Shown: positions 30,725 to 41,073, numbered from the stretch's first letter. The stretch: 64,000 nucleotides of DNA from Nitrospirota bacterium (GCA_963710375.1 CAVPZX010000002.1:320001-384000); one strand, 5' to 3'. Notes: generated by a model not told the origin, from the letters alone. Translations and numbers: made by a program.

Positions 30725-31897
30725 ATGCCGTTCGATTTTAAATTGCCTGATTTGGGTGAAGGCATAACAGAGGGCGAGATAAGAAAATGGCTCGTTAAGG
30801 AAGGTGATTCGGTGGAGGAGCACCAGAACGTCCTTGAGATAGAGACGGACAAGGCAATTGTAGAAGTGCCGGCTCCAAAAGCAGGGAAGGTAATAAAGAT
30901 AAATAAAGAGGAAGGAGAGACGGCAAAGGTTGGAGATGTTCTTATTACTATTGCAGAAAAAGGTGAAGTCCCTGAAGAAAAACCGAAGCCGGAAGAAAAG
31001 CAGAAATCCGTCTCTGTTGTCGGCGTTCTTCCCGAAGAGGAGGAGGTGCTTGCAACGCCTGCGGCGCGTGCCATGGCCAGGGAACGTGGCGTAGTAATCG
31101 AGGCTGTCCGGGGTACGGGTCCGGGGGGCAGTGTTACCCTCGATGATGTCATCAAGGCCGCCAGCACGGCCGGCAAAGCTGAGGACAGGTACGGCCCCTC
31201 CGAGAGGGTCCCTCTGAGAGGGTTACGGAAGACTATAGCAAAAAACCTTATCACCGCCCAGAAGACAACCGCCTTTGTAACAGCTATGGAAGAAGCCGAC
31301 ATTACCGAGTTATGGGACCTCAGGGCACGCGAGATGAAATCGCTTCTGGACAGGGGGGTACATCTTACATTTCTTCCTTTTATCATCAAGGCGGTGTACC
31401 ATGCCCTCGCGGGGCACCCGCTGCTCAATTCTTCCATCGACGATGATCGGGAGGAAATCATCATCAAAAAATACTACAATATCGGCATCGCGGTGGACAC
31501 ACCGGACGGGCTCATGGTCCCGGTAATACAAGAGGCCGACAAAAAAACCATCCTCGAGCTTTCCCTTGCTATACAGGGACTAAGCGCAAAGGCAAAGGAC
31601 AGAAAAATAAAAGTAGAGGAGATGAAAGGGAGCACCTTCACAATAACCAATTACGGACACTTCGGCGGGACTTTTGCAACACCGATTATCAATTATCCCG
31701 ACGTCGCCATACTCGGGACAGGAAGGATTTCAGAGAAACCGTGGGTCAAAGACGGCCTCATTGTCATAAGGAGGATACTCCCTCTCTCTCTGACCTTTGA
31801 TCACAGGGTTACTGACGGCGTTGATGCTTCAGAATTCCTGGCAAAGGTAGTAAACTATCTCGAAGACCCGGCGTTGATTTTCATCGAGAGTGCATGA
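30725..31897 (+). CDS. pdhC: Dihydrolipoamide acyltransferase E2
   Basis: Lipoyl ETDKA, E3-binding ATPAAR..A...GTGPGG, FDHRVTDG. Confidence 0.9.
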   Translation: MPFDFKLPDLGEGITEGEIRKWLVKEGDSVEEHQNVLEIETDKAIVEVPAPKAGKVIKINKEEGETAKVGDVLITIAEKGEVPEEKPKPEEKQKSVSVVGVLPEEEEVLATPAARAMARERGVVIEAVRGTGPGGSVTLDDVIKAASTAGKAEDRYGPSERVPLRGLRKTIAKNLITAQKTTAFVTAMEEADITELWDLRAREMKSLLDRGVHLTFLPFIIKAVYHALAGHPLLNSSIDDDREEIIIKKYYNIGIAVDTPDGLMVPVIQEADKKTILELSLAIQGLSAKAKDRKIKVEEMKGSTFTITNYGHFGGTFATPIINYPDVAILGTGRISEKPWVKDGLIVIRRILPLSLTFDHRVTDGVDASEFLAKVVNYLEDPALIFIESA

Positions 31898-33270
31898 ATT
31901 CACGCGAGGTCCTCGACTCTCTCTTCAGTCCTGAAAGCATCGTTATTGTCGGTGCATCCCATTCAGAGAAAAAGCTTGGCGGCATTGTACTCAAGAATCT
32001 CCTCAAATCGAAAGTGAGAATCTACCCTGTAAACCCAAGCTATGAGGCGCTTATGGGAATAAGGGCTTATACGTCAGTCAAAGCTGTAGGAGAGCTTTTT
32101 GGTGCCGGCGGTGCTTCGGTTGACCTGGCAATAATTATGAGGCCGGCCTCCGAAGTGCCGGGAATTTTGAGAGAACTGCATCCATGGACAAAAACAGCCG
32201 TCATTGTCAGCGCCGGTTTTTCCGAGACAGGACAGGCCGAACTGCAGGATGAGGTGAAAACGATAGGGAAAGAAACAGGTATTCGCCTGCTGGGACCTAA
32301 TTGCATTGGCGTGTATAATGCTCACCAAAGGCTTGATACTTTTATATTATCTTACGAGAAACTTAAAAGACCCAAGAAAGGCAATGTTGCCGTGTTGTCC
32401 CAAAGCGGCGCGATATTAGCATGTTTTCTTCAGGCGATGCGGGCCTCGAATACCGGCATCTCAAAGGCCGTTGGCTACGGTAATGCCGTTGATATCGACG
32501 CATCGGATATTTACGATTACCTTGCCCGGGATCCTCATACCGATATAATTATTTCGTATATCGAGTCATTGGGAGACGGGATAAAATTCATTAAAGCGGC
32601 AAGGGCTCTCTCCGAAAAGAAAACCCTTCTAATACTTAAATCAGGCAAGGGTGCCAGCGGCCAGGCTGCCGCTTTTTCACACACAGGCCGGCTTGCGGGA
32701 AGGTATGAGGTATTCAGCTCCATCCTAAAACAGTTCGGCATAAAAGAGGCCGTTGATTCCGACGACCTCGTTGATTCTGCAAAAGCGCTTTCCTATCAGA
32801 AACCTCTAAATCGCTGGGGTGGACAAAGGGTCTGTATCGTTACCAACGGGGGAGGCTCCGGCGTGCTTGCCTCTGATGAGTGCATGAAGCAGATGCTGGA
32901 CGTCGCACGCGTGCGGGAAGAAAAGGTTCAAAGGCTTAGGGAGGTGTTTCCGCCTTTCTATTCAATGAGTAATCCCATCGACCTCACTGCTCAGGTAAAA
33001 AATAGTGATTATGCCGTGGTGCTGGAGACGCTTAAGGATGATTATGACGGATTCCTTATTATTGCTTTGACAGCAGTGACCGGCATCACTGATGCGCTCG
33101 CCGGCATTATAAAGGATTTCAAGGAAACAACGAACAAGCCGGTAGTACTTTACACGGACAGCAACAGTTCTTCACGGTCTATAACAGCACTTTTTGAAAA
33201 GGCCGGGATACCGGTATATCCCTCTCCTGAAAGGGCGGCAAGGGCATTAAAGACGCTCCTGTCAAAATAG
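31894..33270 (+). CDS. ADP-forming acetate/acyl-CoA ligase alpha subunit
   Basis: GPNCIG, SQSGA, phospho-His SHTG, NPIDL. Confidence 0.88.
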   Translation: MNSREVLDSLFSPESIVIVGASHSEKKLGGIVLKNLLKSKVRIYPVNPSYEALMGIRAYTSVKAVGELFGAGGASVDLAIIMRPASEVPGILRELHPWTKTAVIVSAGFSETGQAELQDEVKTIGKETGIRLLGPNCIGVYNAHQRLDTFILSYEKLKRPKKGNVAVLSQSGAILACFLQAMRASNTGISKAVGYGNAVDIDASDIYDYLARDPHTDIIISYIESLGDGIKFIKAARALSEKKTLLILKSGKGASGQAAAFSHTGRLAGRYEVFSSILKQFGIKEAVDSDDLVDSAKALSYQKPLNRWGGQRVCIVTNGGGSGVLASDECMKQMLDVARVREEKVQRLREVFPPFYSMSNPIDLTAQVKNSDYAVVLETLKDDYDGFLIIALTAVTGITDALAGIIKDFKETTNKPVVLYTDSNSSSRSITALFEKAGIPVYPSPERAARALKTLLSK

Positions 33271-33319
33271 CTTTTCCCCGGCACTTGTGTTATCCTTTTA
33301 TTAAGATATATCCGAATTT

Positions 33320-34210
33320 ATGCAAGCTTATCAATCAAAAATGGATAGGGAAGGAAGCCAAATAAAAGTGAATGATTCTTTGCGGTTGTTTGTCCAGAAA
33401 ATCACAAAGCTGCCGACCATCCCCGTGGTCGCCCACGAAATAATAAGTATAACCAACGATGATCTTGCCTCGGTAGATAAATTGGAAAAGATCGTGAGCA
33501 AGGACCCGGCCATTTCTGCCAAAATTGTGGGATTATCCAACGCAGCCTTTTTCGGATACCAGATGCCCCATGCAGACGTAGCGAGTGCAATACAGAAAAT
33601 AGGGTTCACCAATGTAAGAAATATAGCACTGGGCATATCATTAATGACAATCTTTGGCGACGATCATCTCAAGCTCGCCTACGATTATGGCAGGCTTTAT
33701 AGGCACTCCATTGCAACAGGACTTGTTGCATTACGGTTGGCCAGGAACCTTAAGATCAAGACAGATGATGATCTTTTTGTAAGCGGCATGCTCCACGATC
33801 TCGGACTGCTTTTACTTAACAGTTGTTTCCCCGACCTTTACAGCAAATCAGCAGAAACCGCACGGGAGTGTAAAAACCTTCTCGAAGCTGAAACACTCGT
33901 ATTAGGATTTACCCACGCCGATATAGGAGGATGGATAGCCGAAACATGGAACTTACCGGACGCCATGCACGAAGTCATAATGTACCATCACTCTCCCTCC
34001 GATGCCAGAAAGTACAAAGCAACCGTTGCCCTTATTCACCTGGCCGACTATATTACATGTAAGCGGTTCTTTTCTATGACTGAGCAAAACGTCTATTGCC
34101 CACTGGACCCCCTTGCTCTCTTTCTGCTTAACATGCCGGACAAACATTTTGGCGATATATCGTCGGGCATTCCTGACAGTATGTTTGAGGACGGAATAAT
34201 CGAACCATGA
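33320..34210 (+). CDS. HDOD domain protein
   Basis: LPTIP, DPAISAKI...NAAFF, LHDLG, HADIG...W.LP. Confidence 0.88.
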   Translation: MQAYQSKMDREGSQIKVNDSLRLFVQKITKLPTIPVVAHEIISITNDDLASVDKLEKIVSKDPAISAKIVGLSNAAFFGYQMPHADVASAIQKIGFTNVRNIALGISLMTIFGDDHLKLAYDYGRLYRHSIATGLVALRLARNLKIKTDDDLFVSGMLHDLGLLLLNSCFPDLYSKSAETARECKNLLEAETLVLGFTHADIGGWIAETWNLPDAMHEVIMYHHSPSDARKYKATVALIHLADYITCKRFFSMTEQNVYCPLDPLALFLLNMPDKHFGDISSGIPDSMFEDGIIEP

Positions 34211-35544
34211 GCAAGCCGACTTTTTTCGATTGGCTGCAGAGGTTCCTCTCAGGAGACGGCCATCCCCCTGTTTCCTTTGAAGGTCTCTCATCAGCCGAGG
34301 TCTCCATGGCGAAACAGATCGAGAACGAATTCAGGAAAACCAACACCTTCAACCAATATTCCAAGGCATTCTTGCAGACACTCGACAGCTCCGAGCGGTT
34401 TTCCGAACTTGCAATACGGACGCTTTCTGCATTAATTAAAATGGGGCAGATGGGAGAAACGGTCAGTGATGTAGATATTTTTTGCAGGCATATGGCAGAA
34501 ATCTTTACCCGTGAATTAGGGTTTGAAAACTGCTTGATACTGCTGAAACATCCCGATACCGGTCAGCTGAGAATGGAGGCATGCAGTACCAAGGGAAATA
34601 CTTATCCGGTATCAGGGAAGCAGAAGAAAACATACAAGACAATGCTCATTGAAGATATAGCTCTCAAGGTTGCCAGTTCCGGTGAATACATATATATCCC
34701 GGATGTCACGTGTGACGAAAGGTGCGCCAAAACAGGCTGCTGGAGCATAGGAGTTACATCGCTGCTGTCGGCCCCAATCAAAAGCGGAAGCAACATAATC
34801 GGGGTCATTAACTGCGGCCATCCCATTAGGGAGACATTCGATGAAAACAAGATCAACCTCATCGTTCTCCTTGCAAATTTTGCCGGACAGATAATATCAC
34901 TTATTGGTCTCCAAAACAGGATGTCCTCATGGAACGAGGCATTGCAGGAAGAGGTGCAGAAAAAAACCGCGGAATTGCAGAGAAAAAATGCAAAACTCAG
35001 CAAACTTGCAGTCACGGATACACTGACAAATCTTTACAACCGGCGCTTTTTCTTTGCCCGGCTTGAGGAGGAATTTTCAAGAACGCTCAGATATAATGAA
35101 CAATTCGCCCTGTTCTCGATGGACCTGGATAACCTGAAGGTCATCAACGACACCTACGGACATGTTACGGGTGACAGCGTAATCCGGAACATCTCCAAAT
35201 GCCTGAAACGCTCTGTCAGAAAAGGCGATGTTATGGGGAGACTCGGTGGTGACGAGTTCGGTTATATAATGCTCAGCGCCGATGAGGAAGCCGCCTACCA
35301 GTTCGGGCTGCGCCTGCAGCAGTCCCTCGCACGGATCGCCTTCAAGGGGATAGAAAACAAGCCAACCCTCAGCATCGGTATTGCAGCAGTCAACGGCAAT
35401 AAGTTTAAAAAATTCCAGGACACCTATATTGCTGCCGATGAGGCCCTATATGATGCGAAAAAGAAGAAAAACTGCGTCAGCATTTTCGGCAAAACAAAAC
35501 ATCAAAAGACAGGCAATAGGCAAAGGGCAAAAGGCCAAAGGTAA
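34207..35544 (+). CDS. GAF-domain diguanylate cyclase
   Basis: D.LT.LYNRR, NDTYGH, RKGD I-site, GGDEF. Confidence 0.92.
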   Translation: MSKPTFFDWLQRFLSGDGHPPVSFEGLSSAEVSMAKQIENEFRKTNTFNQYSKAFLQTLDSSERFSELAIRTLSALIKMGQMGETVSDVDIFCRHMAEIFTRELGFENCLILLKHPDTGQLRMEACSTKGNTYPVSGKQKKTYKTMLIEDIALKVASSGEYIYIPDVTCDERCAKTGCWSIGVTSLLSAPIKSGSNIIGVINCGHPIRETFDENKINLIVLLANFAGQIISLIGLQNRMSSWNEALQEEVQKKTAELQRKNAKLSKLAVTDTLTNLYNRRFFFARLEEEFSRTLRYNEQFALFSMDLDNLKVINDTYGHVTGDSVIRNISKCLKRSVRKGDVMGRLGGDEFGYIMLSADEEAAYQFGLRLQQSLARIAFKGIENKPTLSIGIAAVNGNKFKKFQDTYIAADEALYDAKKKKNCVSIFGKTKHQKTGNRQRAKGQR

Positions 35545-35632
35545 AAAACAGAACACAGACAGGCTTTTTATTATATTTCGTGCTTTTATTAAACCTTTAG
35601 CCATTTGCCATTTGCCTTTCGCCTGTCTTTTG
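35503..35632. repeat. Inverted tandem micro-array, 7-mer AGGCWAW
   Basis: CAAAAGAC AGGCAAT AGGCAAA GGGCAAA AGGCCAA AGGTAAA ... TTTAGCC ATTTGCC ATTTGCC TTTCGCC TGTCTTTTG; contains GGDEF gene stop. Confidence 0.88.
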
Positions 35633-35660
35633 CTTATAGCCTGTTTTTATTGGAGGCACT

Positions 35661-36272
35661 TTGCTCGAACATGAAGCAAAAGCGTTCCTGAAGGAAATGG
35701 GTTTGCCGGTACCTCGCGGCACATTCTTCAAACCCGGCTCAGTACCGTCTTCTGCCGGTATGATGTATCCCCTTGCGGCAAAGGTTTCATCCGAACATAT
35801 CATATCAAAAAGCGATGTCCGCGGCGTGAGAATGGGGATCACCAATGAGGAAGAACTGAAACAGGCGATTGCCGGGCTTATGGAGATACCGGGTGCAGAA
35901 GGGGTGCTGGTGGAGGAAATGGCACCGCGCGGCGTCGAAGTCATAATCGGAGGAATCATCGACCCGCAGTTCGGGCCTGTCATGATGTTCGGCCTCGGCG
36001 GCGTTTATGTGGAGTTGTTCAAAGACGTCGCTTTCGGGCTGGCCCCGCTTGATGAAAAAGACGCCCTGTGGCTTATATCACAGATAAAAGGCCGCATACT
36101 TTTAGAAGGCTACAGGGGAAGCCCGCCTTCGGATACCAGCGCAGTCGTCGGCATTCTGATTACCATTTCCAAGCTGATGACAGAAGGCCGCATAAGAGAA
36201 ATCGACCTAAATCCTGTCGCCGTCTATCAGGCCGGGGCACTGATTCTTGATGTGAAGATGTCCCTTTTCTGA
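35661..36272 (+). CDS. ADP-forming acetate/acyl-CoA ligase beta subunit (ATP-grasp)
   Basis: KSDVRGV, DPQFGP..MFGLGG, EIDLNP; TTG start with GGAGG. Confidence 0.88.
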   Translation: MLEHEAKAFLKEMGLPVPRGTFFKPGSVPSSAGMMYPLAAKVSSEHIISKSDVRGVRMGITNEEELKQAIAGLMEIPGAEGVLVEEMAPRGVEVIIGGIIDPQFGPVMMFGLGGVYVELFKDVAFGLAPLDEKDALWLISQIKGRILLEGYRGSPPSDTSAVVGILITISKLMTEGRIREIDLNPVAVYQAGALILDVKMSLF

Positions 36273-36279
36273 GTTGAGA

Positions 36280-36951
36280 TTACTCTAAATTATCGAAAAC
36301 AACCGGTATCTTTTCCTGAAAGCCTTTCAACATATCCATAGCCAGAAACCTTATCTGCGGATGAGCTCTAAGGGATGCCCGCAGTTTAAAAAAATGTCTC
36401 CACTCTCTAAGATTGGCTGTCATCACAAGCTCTGTTTTCAGGGAATTAGGCAACACAGCCCTGGCCTCCTGAGGCGATTGCCCGGCTTTAAGCAGTCCAA
36501 AGTAAGCCTTTTCGATCTGTTCACACGTCGATTTCCATAGCGCATATTGGGCATGCCTTTTTAGCCCGTCCTGGTCTTCATCAGTCCGGGTTAAGTTACC
36601 TTCTGTAATTCCTATGAACCATACCGGCAGAATAACCGTTATCTCGTTTCCGAATTTATCATGGGAATAATTACAATACCGGGTACTCTCCTGGCTGTAA
36701 CTGGCTATTCTATGCCTGACGATCTCGTGCGTAACTCCCCTGTCCGTAATTATTTTGACCGTGATATTGTGATGTTCTATTACAGAATGATGCCCTGCTT
36801 TAATAACACCGGATACAAACTTTATTGCCGAATCGTCAGTTGACTTGTCTTCAGACTTATAGCATGTTCTGCCGGCGGCCTCTATTTTTTTTAGGATGGC
36901 AATGCCATCAACATCCTCTTCAAAGTGCCACGATTGTTCGACTATTTTCAT
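36280..36951 (-). CDS. thyX: FAD-dependent thymidylate synthase
   Basis: RHRIASYSQESTRY, ARAVLP, NLREW.HF. Confidence 0.95.
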   Translation of the reverse strand: MKIVEQSWHFEEDVDGIAILKKIEAAGRTCYKSEDKSTDDSAIKFVSGVIKAGHHSVIEHHNITVKIITDRGVTHEIVRHRIASYSQESTRYCNYSHDKFGNEITVILPVWFIGITEGNLTRTDEDQDGLKRHAQYALWKSTCEQIEKAYFGLLKAGQSPQEARAVLPNSLKTELVMTANLREWRHFFKLRASLRAHPQIRFLAMDMLKGFQEKIPVVFDNLE

Positions 36952-36985
36952 AATCGCCGATCCTCCATTTTCAGGTTCTTTTGTC

Positions 36986-38101
36986 CTACCTGCCCATTAT
37001 CTGCATGTATTTTGCAATGCCGTTCCGCGTAATCAACCCCGTTATGCTGCCGTCCTTAACCACTGCCAGCCTACCCTGATCCTGATTTATCATAAGTTCA
37101 AGCGCCTTCATGGCATCGCTGTTCTGATCGATCTCCCAGTTTTTATCATAAGGGACAAAAACTTCAACCGCTTTTTTGTCCTTCCAATGGGCCCTCGGTA
37201 TCCCCCGTATCTCCTTCAGTGATATAAACCCCAGGAACCGCTCGCGATCGACCACCGGGAATCCCCCATATCCGTATCGCAGGAAATAGTCATTGACTGC
37301 CTGATCGAGCGTTAAATCGGCGTCAATTGTAATAATATCCCGCACCATAATATCTTTCACCTTGACACCGCTCAGGCTCTCCTGAAGACTCACCTGCTGA
37401 TAACTGACATGGGCCGAATTGTAAAGAAACCACCCGATGAGCATAAGCCACAAACCGCCGGACATCCCCGCAAATATTAAGAAAAATCCTAAGAAAATAA
37501 TCAGCAGTGCGCACTTTTGCCCATACAAAGCGGCCTTGCGTGTAGCATAGAAAAAATCTTTGGTTTTGTTCCACAAGAACGCCCTCACTACCCTTCCCCC
37601 GTCCATTGGAAATCCGGGAATCAAATTAAAGATACCTAGCATTAAGTTCAGTTGGGCAAGATAAGTGAAAAGCGCCCCGACCACCCCGCTGTCTGCCATC
37701 AGGTAAGCCATAAAAAAAACAAGTGCGAGCAAGAGGCTCGACAGCGGCCCTGCAATCGCTATGGCGAACTCCGCCCTGGGATTCGGGGGCTCACCCTTCA
37801 TCTGAGATATGCCGCCGAAGATGAACAGCGTAATGCCGGATATAGGCAATTTGTACCTGCCTGCAATAAAAGAATGAGACAGTTCATGAATCGCTACCGA
37901 GACGAAAAGCAGCAGTGCGGCTAAAGCGCCGCTGACCCAATAAGACCGCATAGTCAACGAGGGTGCTGCTTTCGGGAAATAGAATGTTGAAAGAGACCAG
38001 GTAATGATGCCGAAGACGATAAGCCAGGAAAAATGCACCCTTATCGGGATGCCCATAATTGTTGCTATCTTAAGCGAGCCGGACTGCAAAGGGGCATTCA
38101 T
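36986..38101 (-). CDS. Site-2 protease (M50) with CBS pair
   Basis: HELSH, NLIPGFPMDGG, two C-terminal CBS domains. Confidence 0.92.
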   Translation of the reverse strand: MNAPLQSGSLKIATIMGIPIRVHFSWLIVFGIITWSLSTFYFPKAAPSLTMRSYWVSGALAALLLFVSVAIHELSHSFIAGRYKLPISGITLFIFGGISQMKGEPPNPRAEFAIAIAGPLSSLLLALVFFMAYLMADSGVVGALFTYLAQLNLMLGIFNLIPGFPMDGGRVVRAFLWNKTKDFFYATRKAALYGQKCALLIIFLGFFLIFAGMSGGLWLMLIGWFLYNSAHVSYQQVSLQESLSGVKVKDIMVRDIITIDADLTLDQAVNDYFLRYGYGGFPVVDRERFLGFISLKEIRGIPRAHWKDKKAVEVFVPYDKNWEIDQNSDAMKALELMINQDQGRLAVVKDGSITGLITRNGIAKYMQIMGR

Positions 38102-38216
38102 TAATTACATCTCCCTTGTTCACGTTATTATAGCAGATGACAGGCGCAGGGAAAAGGCGTTGACGCTGTCATCATTACTTTGATATGATTTCTTATCTTT
38201 TGGACTAATAATTGTC

Positions 38217-38789
38217 ATGCACTTATTTACTGAATCCTTTTTCAATCGTTCCTATAACAGGAGGCTTTTTATAAAAGCCTCCATCATCGGCTTGTCTTCG
38301 TTATTTTGCAGACCTGCTCCTTGCATTGCAAGAGAGAAATTACCGGAAGGGAAGCTCACGCTTTTTAATGTTCATACTAATGACAAACTTTCCGTAACCT
38401 ACAGGAACGCTTACGGGGAATATGACACTGAAGCACTAAAGGCTCTTAACTGGATACTGAGGTGCCACTATTCCGGACAGGCAATAGATATAGACACTCA
38501 TGTAATCGAGTTCGTAAATCTAACGGACAAACAGCTTGGAGGCAATAACGAGATCCATATAATATCCGGCTATAGATCGCCGCAGTATAATGAACTCCTG
38601 ATGGGTGAGGGCAGGCATGTAGTTAAGAATAGCCTCCATATTGTGGGAAAGGCAATTGATATAAGAATACCGCGCGTTGCTCTTTCCAGGGTCAGGGATG
38701 TGGCCCTCGATTTGAGGTTAGGTGGAGTAGGCTATTATAGGCATTCGGATTTTGTTCACCTTGATTGTGGCAGATTCAGAACCTGGTGA
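38217..38789 (+). CDS. YcbK/MepK-like M15 peptidoglycan endopeptidase (DUF882)
   Basis: Tat-like RRLF signal; ISGYRS, SLH..GKAID, FVHLD. Confidence 0.88.
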   Translation: MHLFTESFFNRSYNRRLFIKASIIGLSSLFCRPAPCIAREKLPEGKLTLFNVHTNDKLSVTYRNAYGEYDTEALKALNWILRCHYSGQAIDIDTHVIEFVNLTDKQLGGNNEIHIISGYRSPQYNELLMGEGRHVVKNSLHIVGKAIDIRIPRVALSRVRDVALDLRLGGVGYYRHSDFVHLDCGRFRTW

Positions 38790-38793
38790 ACAT

Positions 38794-38954
38794 TGACGGT
38801 TTCGTAAAAAGTCCATATGCTGCGTTACGCTGCATACTTAGTCACTCGCACCCCAAAAGACTTTGGCTTTTGGGGACCCCGTGCGGCGTACACAAAGTAC
38901 GCCTCATTCCTAAGTACTTGCGCGCCTTGCCTATGAACTTTTTACGAAACCGTC
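38794..38954. mobile_element. REP/MITE-like palindromic element, ~160 bp, with nested hairpin
   Basis: GACGGTTTCGTAAAAAGT...ACTTTTTACGAAACCGTC terminal IR; internal GGCGTAC/GTACGCC and CCCCAAAAG/CTTTTGGGG stems. Confidence 0.88.
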
Positions 38955-39751
38955 TTTTTTTATGCTTGTTGATTGTCCTCCTTTACATGCAAATGGTCGG
39001 TAGTCCCGATGTTTATGCCAAAGTTGTTCCTTCTCTTTGCAAGATCGTACATCCCAGCGACAGCAGCATTGAGAGTGAATGCAGACGCTTGAAGAGAGGG
39101 GAAACACTGGAAAGCCTTTTTGGCGACAGATGGGTAGACGTTGCCAGGTTTAACAGGATCGACAGACGTCATATTTATCCCGGTGTTCATATAAAAGTTC
39201 CTAAAAAATTAGACGATATTGTCAATTTCACACCAATGCCCAAGTTTTATCAGCCCGCCGAGCTGGATCCTAAATTTATACTTATAGACCTGTCCGAGCA
39301 ATTTCTCGGTGCTTATGAATATGGGCAATTGGTATTCTCAGCCCCCATTACATCAGGGGAGGAAGACAAAGAAACACCTGCCGGGCAATTCGCATTTTCC
39401 GCCTTTGACAGCCGGCATGTATCCTCGCTTTATTATGTCGAGAATACTACCAAGCTATATCCGATACATTACGGACTCCGGTTTTATATAAATAAACTGG
39501 GAGTTGCATTCTGGATTCATGGCAGGGATGTTCCCGGTTTTCCAGGATCGCATGGCTGTATCGGCCTTTATGACGAAGAAATGCAGAAACAATATTATGG
39601 TTATCCCGGGAAACCTTTGCTCGAAGATGCAAAGACTCTTTTTGAGTGGGTCATTACCCCGCTGTCCGATGATGGGAAATATCATAATATAAAGGGTCCC
39701 GCAGTTTTAATCACCGGGCATGCTCCTGCACTTATAACCAGGAAGCATTAA
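38933..39751 (+). CDS. L,D-transpeptidase (YkuD) with LysM-like N-terminus
   Basis: IHG...SHGCIG catalytic motif; signal peptide MNFLRNRLFLCLLIVLL from ATG 38933. Confidence 0.85.
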   Translation: MNFLRNRLFLCLLIVLLYMQMVGSPDVYAKVVPSLCKIVHPSDSSIESECRRLKRGETLESLFGDRWVDVARFNRIDRRHIYPGVHIKVPKKLDDIVNFTPMPKFYQPAELDPKFILIDLSEQFLGAYEYGQLVFSAPITSGEEDKETPAGQFAFSAFDSRHVSSLYYVENTTKLYPIHYGLRFYINKLGVAFWIHGRDVPGFPGSHGCIGLYDEEMQKQYYGYPGKPLLEDAKTLFEWVITPLSDDGKYHNIKGPAVLITGHAPALITRKH

Positions 39752-39755
39752 TTTC

Positions 39756-40868
39756 TCAGCGGATTGGTTGGTATCCCCCCGGGACCCCCTTTTTGGAGAG
39801 TACAATCTGCCAAACCTGCAAACAGCGTGCGCGGAATGACCCTGCACAGCTCAACAGGTAATATTTCCACATCCGATAAAAGCGGTCGGAGTACTGATTT
39901 TTCAGTGCATCCCAATTCCTGTTAAAGTTGTTGAACCATGAGATAAGGGTGGGGTCGTAATAAGCACCAAAATTGTGCAAATCTTCAATGATAAATATCT
40001 TTTCCATTGAAGCGCTGATCTGCTTCAGAGAGGGGATTAGCGAGTTGGGGAAGATATATTTATCACACCAGGGCTCTGCGGCAATATTCGAGTGACTGTC
40101 GCCAATAGTATGCAGCAGGAAAAGCCCGTCATCGCTCAGGCACTTACAGGCAGTTTCCATATAAGTATGGTGGTTCTTGTATCCTACATGTTCGAACATT
40201 CCGACAGAAACAATATGGTCGAACTTTTCATCAAGTTCGCGATAGTCCTGCAGCCTAATTTCAACAGGCAGCCCTGTGCATATCTCCTTTGCAAGTAATG
40301 CCTGTTTTTCCGAGACCGTTATGCCGACTGCTTTGACTCCATATTTCTCTGCTGCATATTTTACAAAACTCCCCCATCCACAGCCTATGTCAAGAATTCT
40401 GTCGCCGGGTTGTAGATCGAGTTTTCTGCATATCAGGTCCAGCTTGGCTTCCTGAGCTTCATCAAGATTGTTGGCGTCTTGCCAGTAGCCGCAGCTGTAG
40501 GTCATCCTCTTGTCGAGCATATTCTGATAAAGGTCATTTCCGATATCATAATGCCTTTCCCCGATCTGAAAGGCCCTTGATTTGCTGCTAACATTAAGAA
40601 GCGCTGCACGAAGGAGCAATGTCCAGTTCTTCTTAACCTTGTCCTCGGCATTGGAGCACATAAGCCTGCAGAAAAAATCATCAAGATTTTCGCAGTCCCA
40701 CCATCCCTCCATGTATGATTCTCCAAGCCCCAGGCTGCCGTCGGTGGTGACCCGTTTATAGAACCTTTCGTCTTTGATACGAATGTCAATGGGATTCGTG
40801 CCGTTTATAGAGATACCTGCAGCAGACAATATTTCTTCAATGGATTGTTTTAATGAGCAAGTCACCAT
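39756..40868 (-). CDS. cfa: Cyclopropane fatty acyl phospholipid synthase
   Basis: HYDIGNDL, YSCGYW, LDIGCGWG, SVGMFEHVG, RMWKYYL. Confidence 0.95.
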   Translation of the reverse strand: MVTCSLKQSIEEILSAAGISINGTNPIDIRIKDERFYKRVTTDGSLGLGESYMEGWWDCENLDDFFCRLMCSNAEDKVKKNWTLLLRAALLNVSSKSRAFQIGERHYDIGNDLYQNMLDKRMTYSCGYWQDANNLDEAQEAKLDLICRKLDLQPGDRILDIGCGWGSFVKYAAEKYGVKAVGITVSEKQALLAKEICTGLPVEIRLQDYRELDEKFDHIVSVGMFEHVGYKNHHTYMETACKCLSDDGLFLLHTIGDSHSNIAAEPWCDKYIFPNSLIPSLKQISASMEKIFIIEDLHNFGAYYDPTLISWFNNFNRNWDALKNQYSDRFYRMWKYYLLSCAGSFRARCLQVWQIVLSKKGVPGGYQPIR

Positions 40869-41073
40869 CTGTTCAGCTCATGTAACCACTATTCCTGCGC
40901 TTTGGTTCATAAACAGGGCCTTTAACTGCCGTTAGTCGTTCAATCCACACTCAAGCCCTTATAGAAATGTTAGCAAATTTTCTGCAGAAGTCAAACAATC
41001 GGTAGTGGGTTGTCAATCGGTAGTGGGTAATAAGGAAGGCAGGAGAAGTGGAAGCAATTCCGGATCCCTTCCA

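Noticed and set aside
38765..38932. Long N-terminal extension of the L,D-transpeptidase ORF (likewise 47204-47263 of the zinc-ribbon ORF)
   Set aside because: Translation of repeat DNA; better starts exist at 38933 and 47264.
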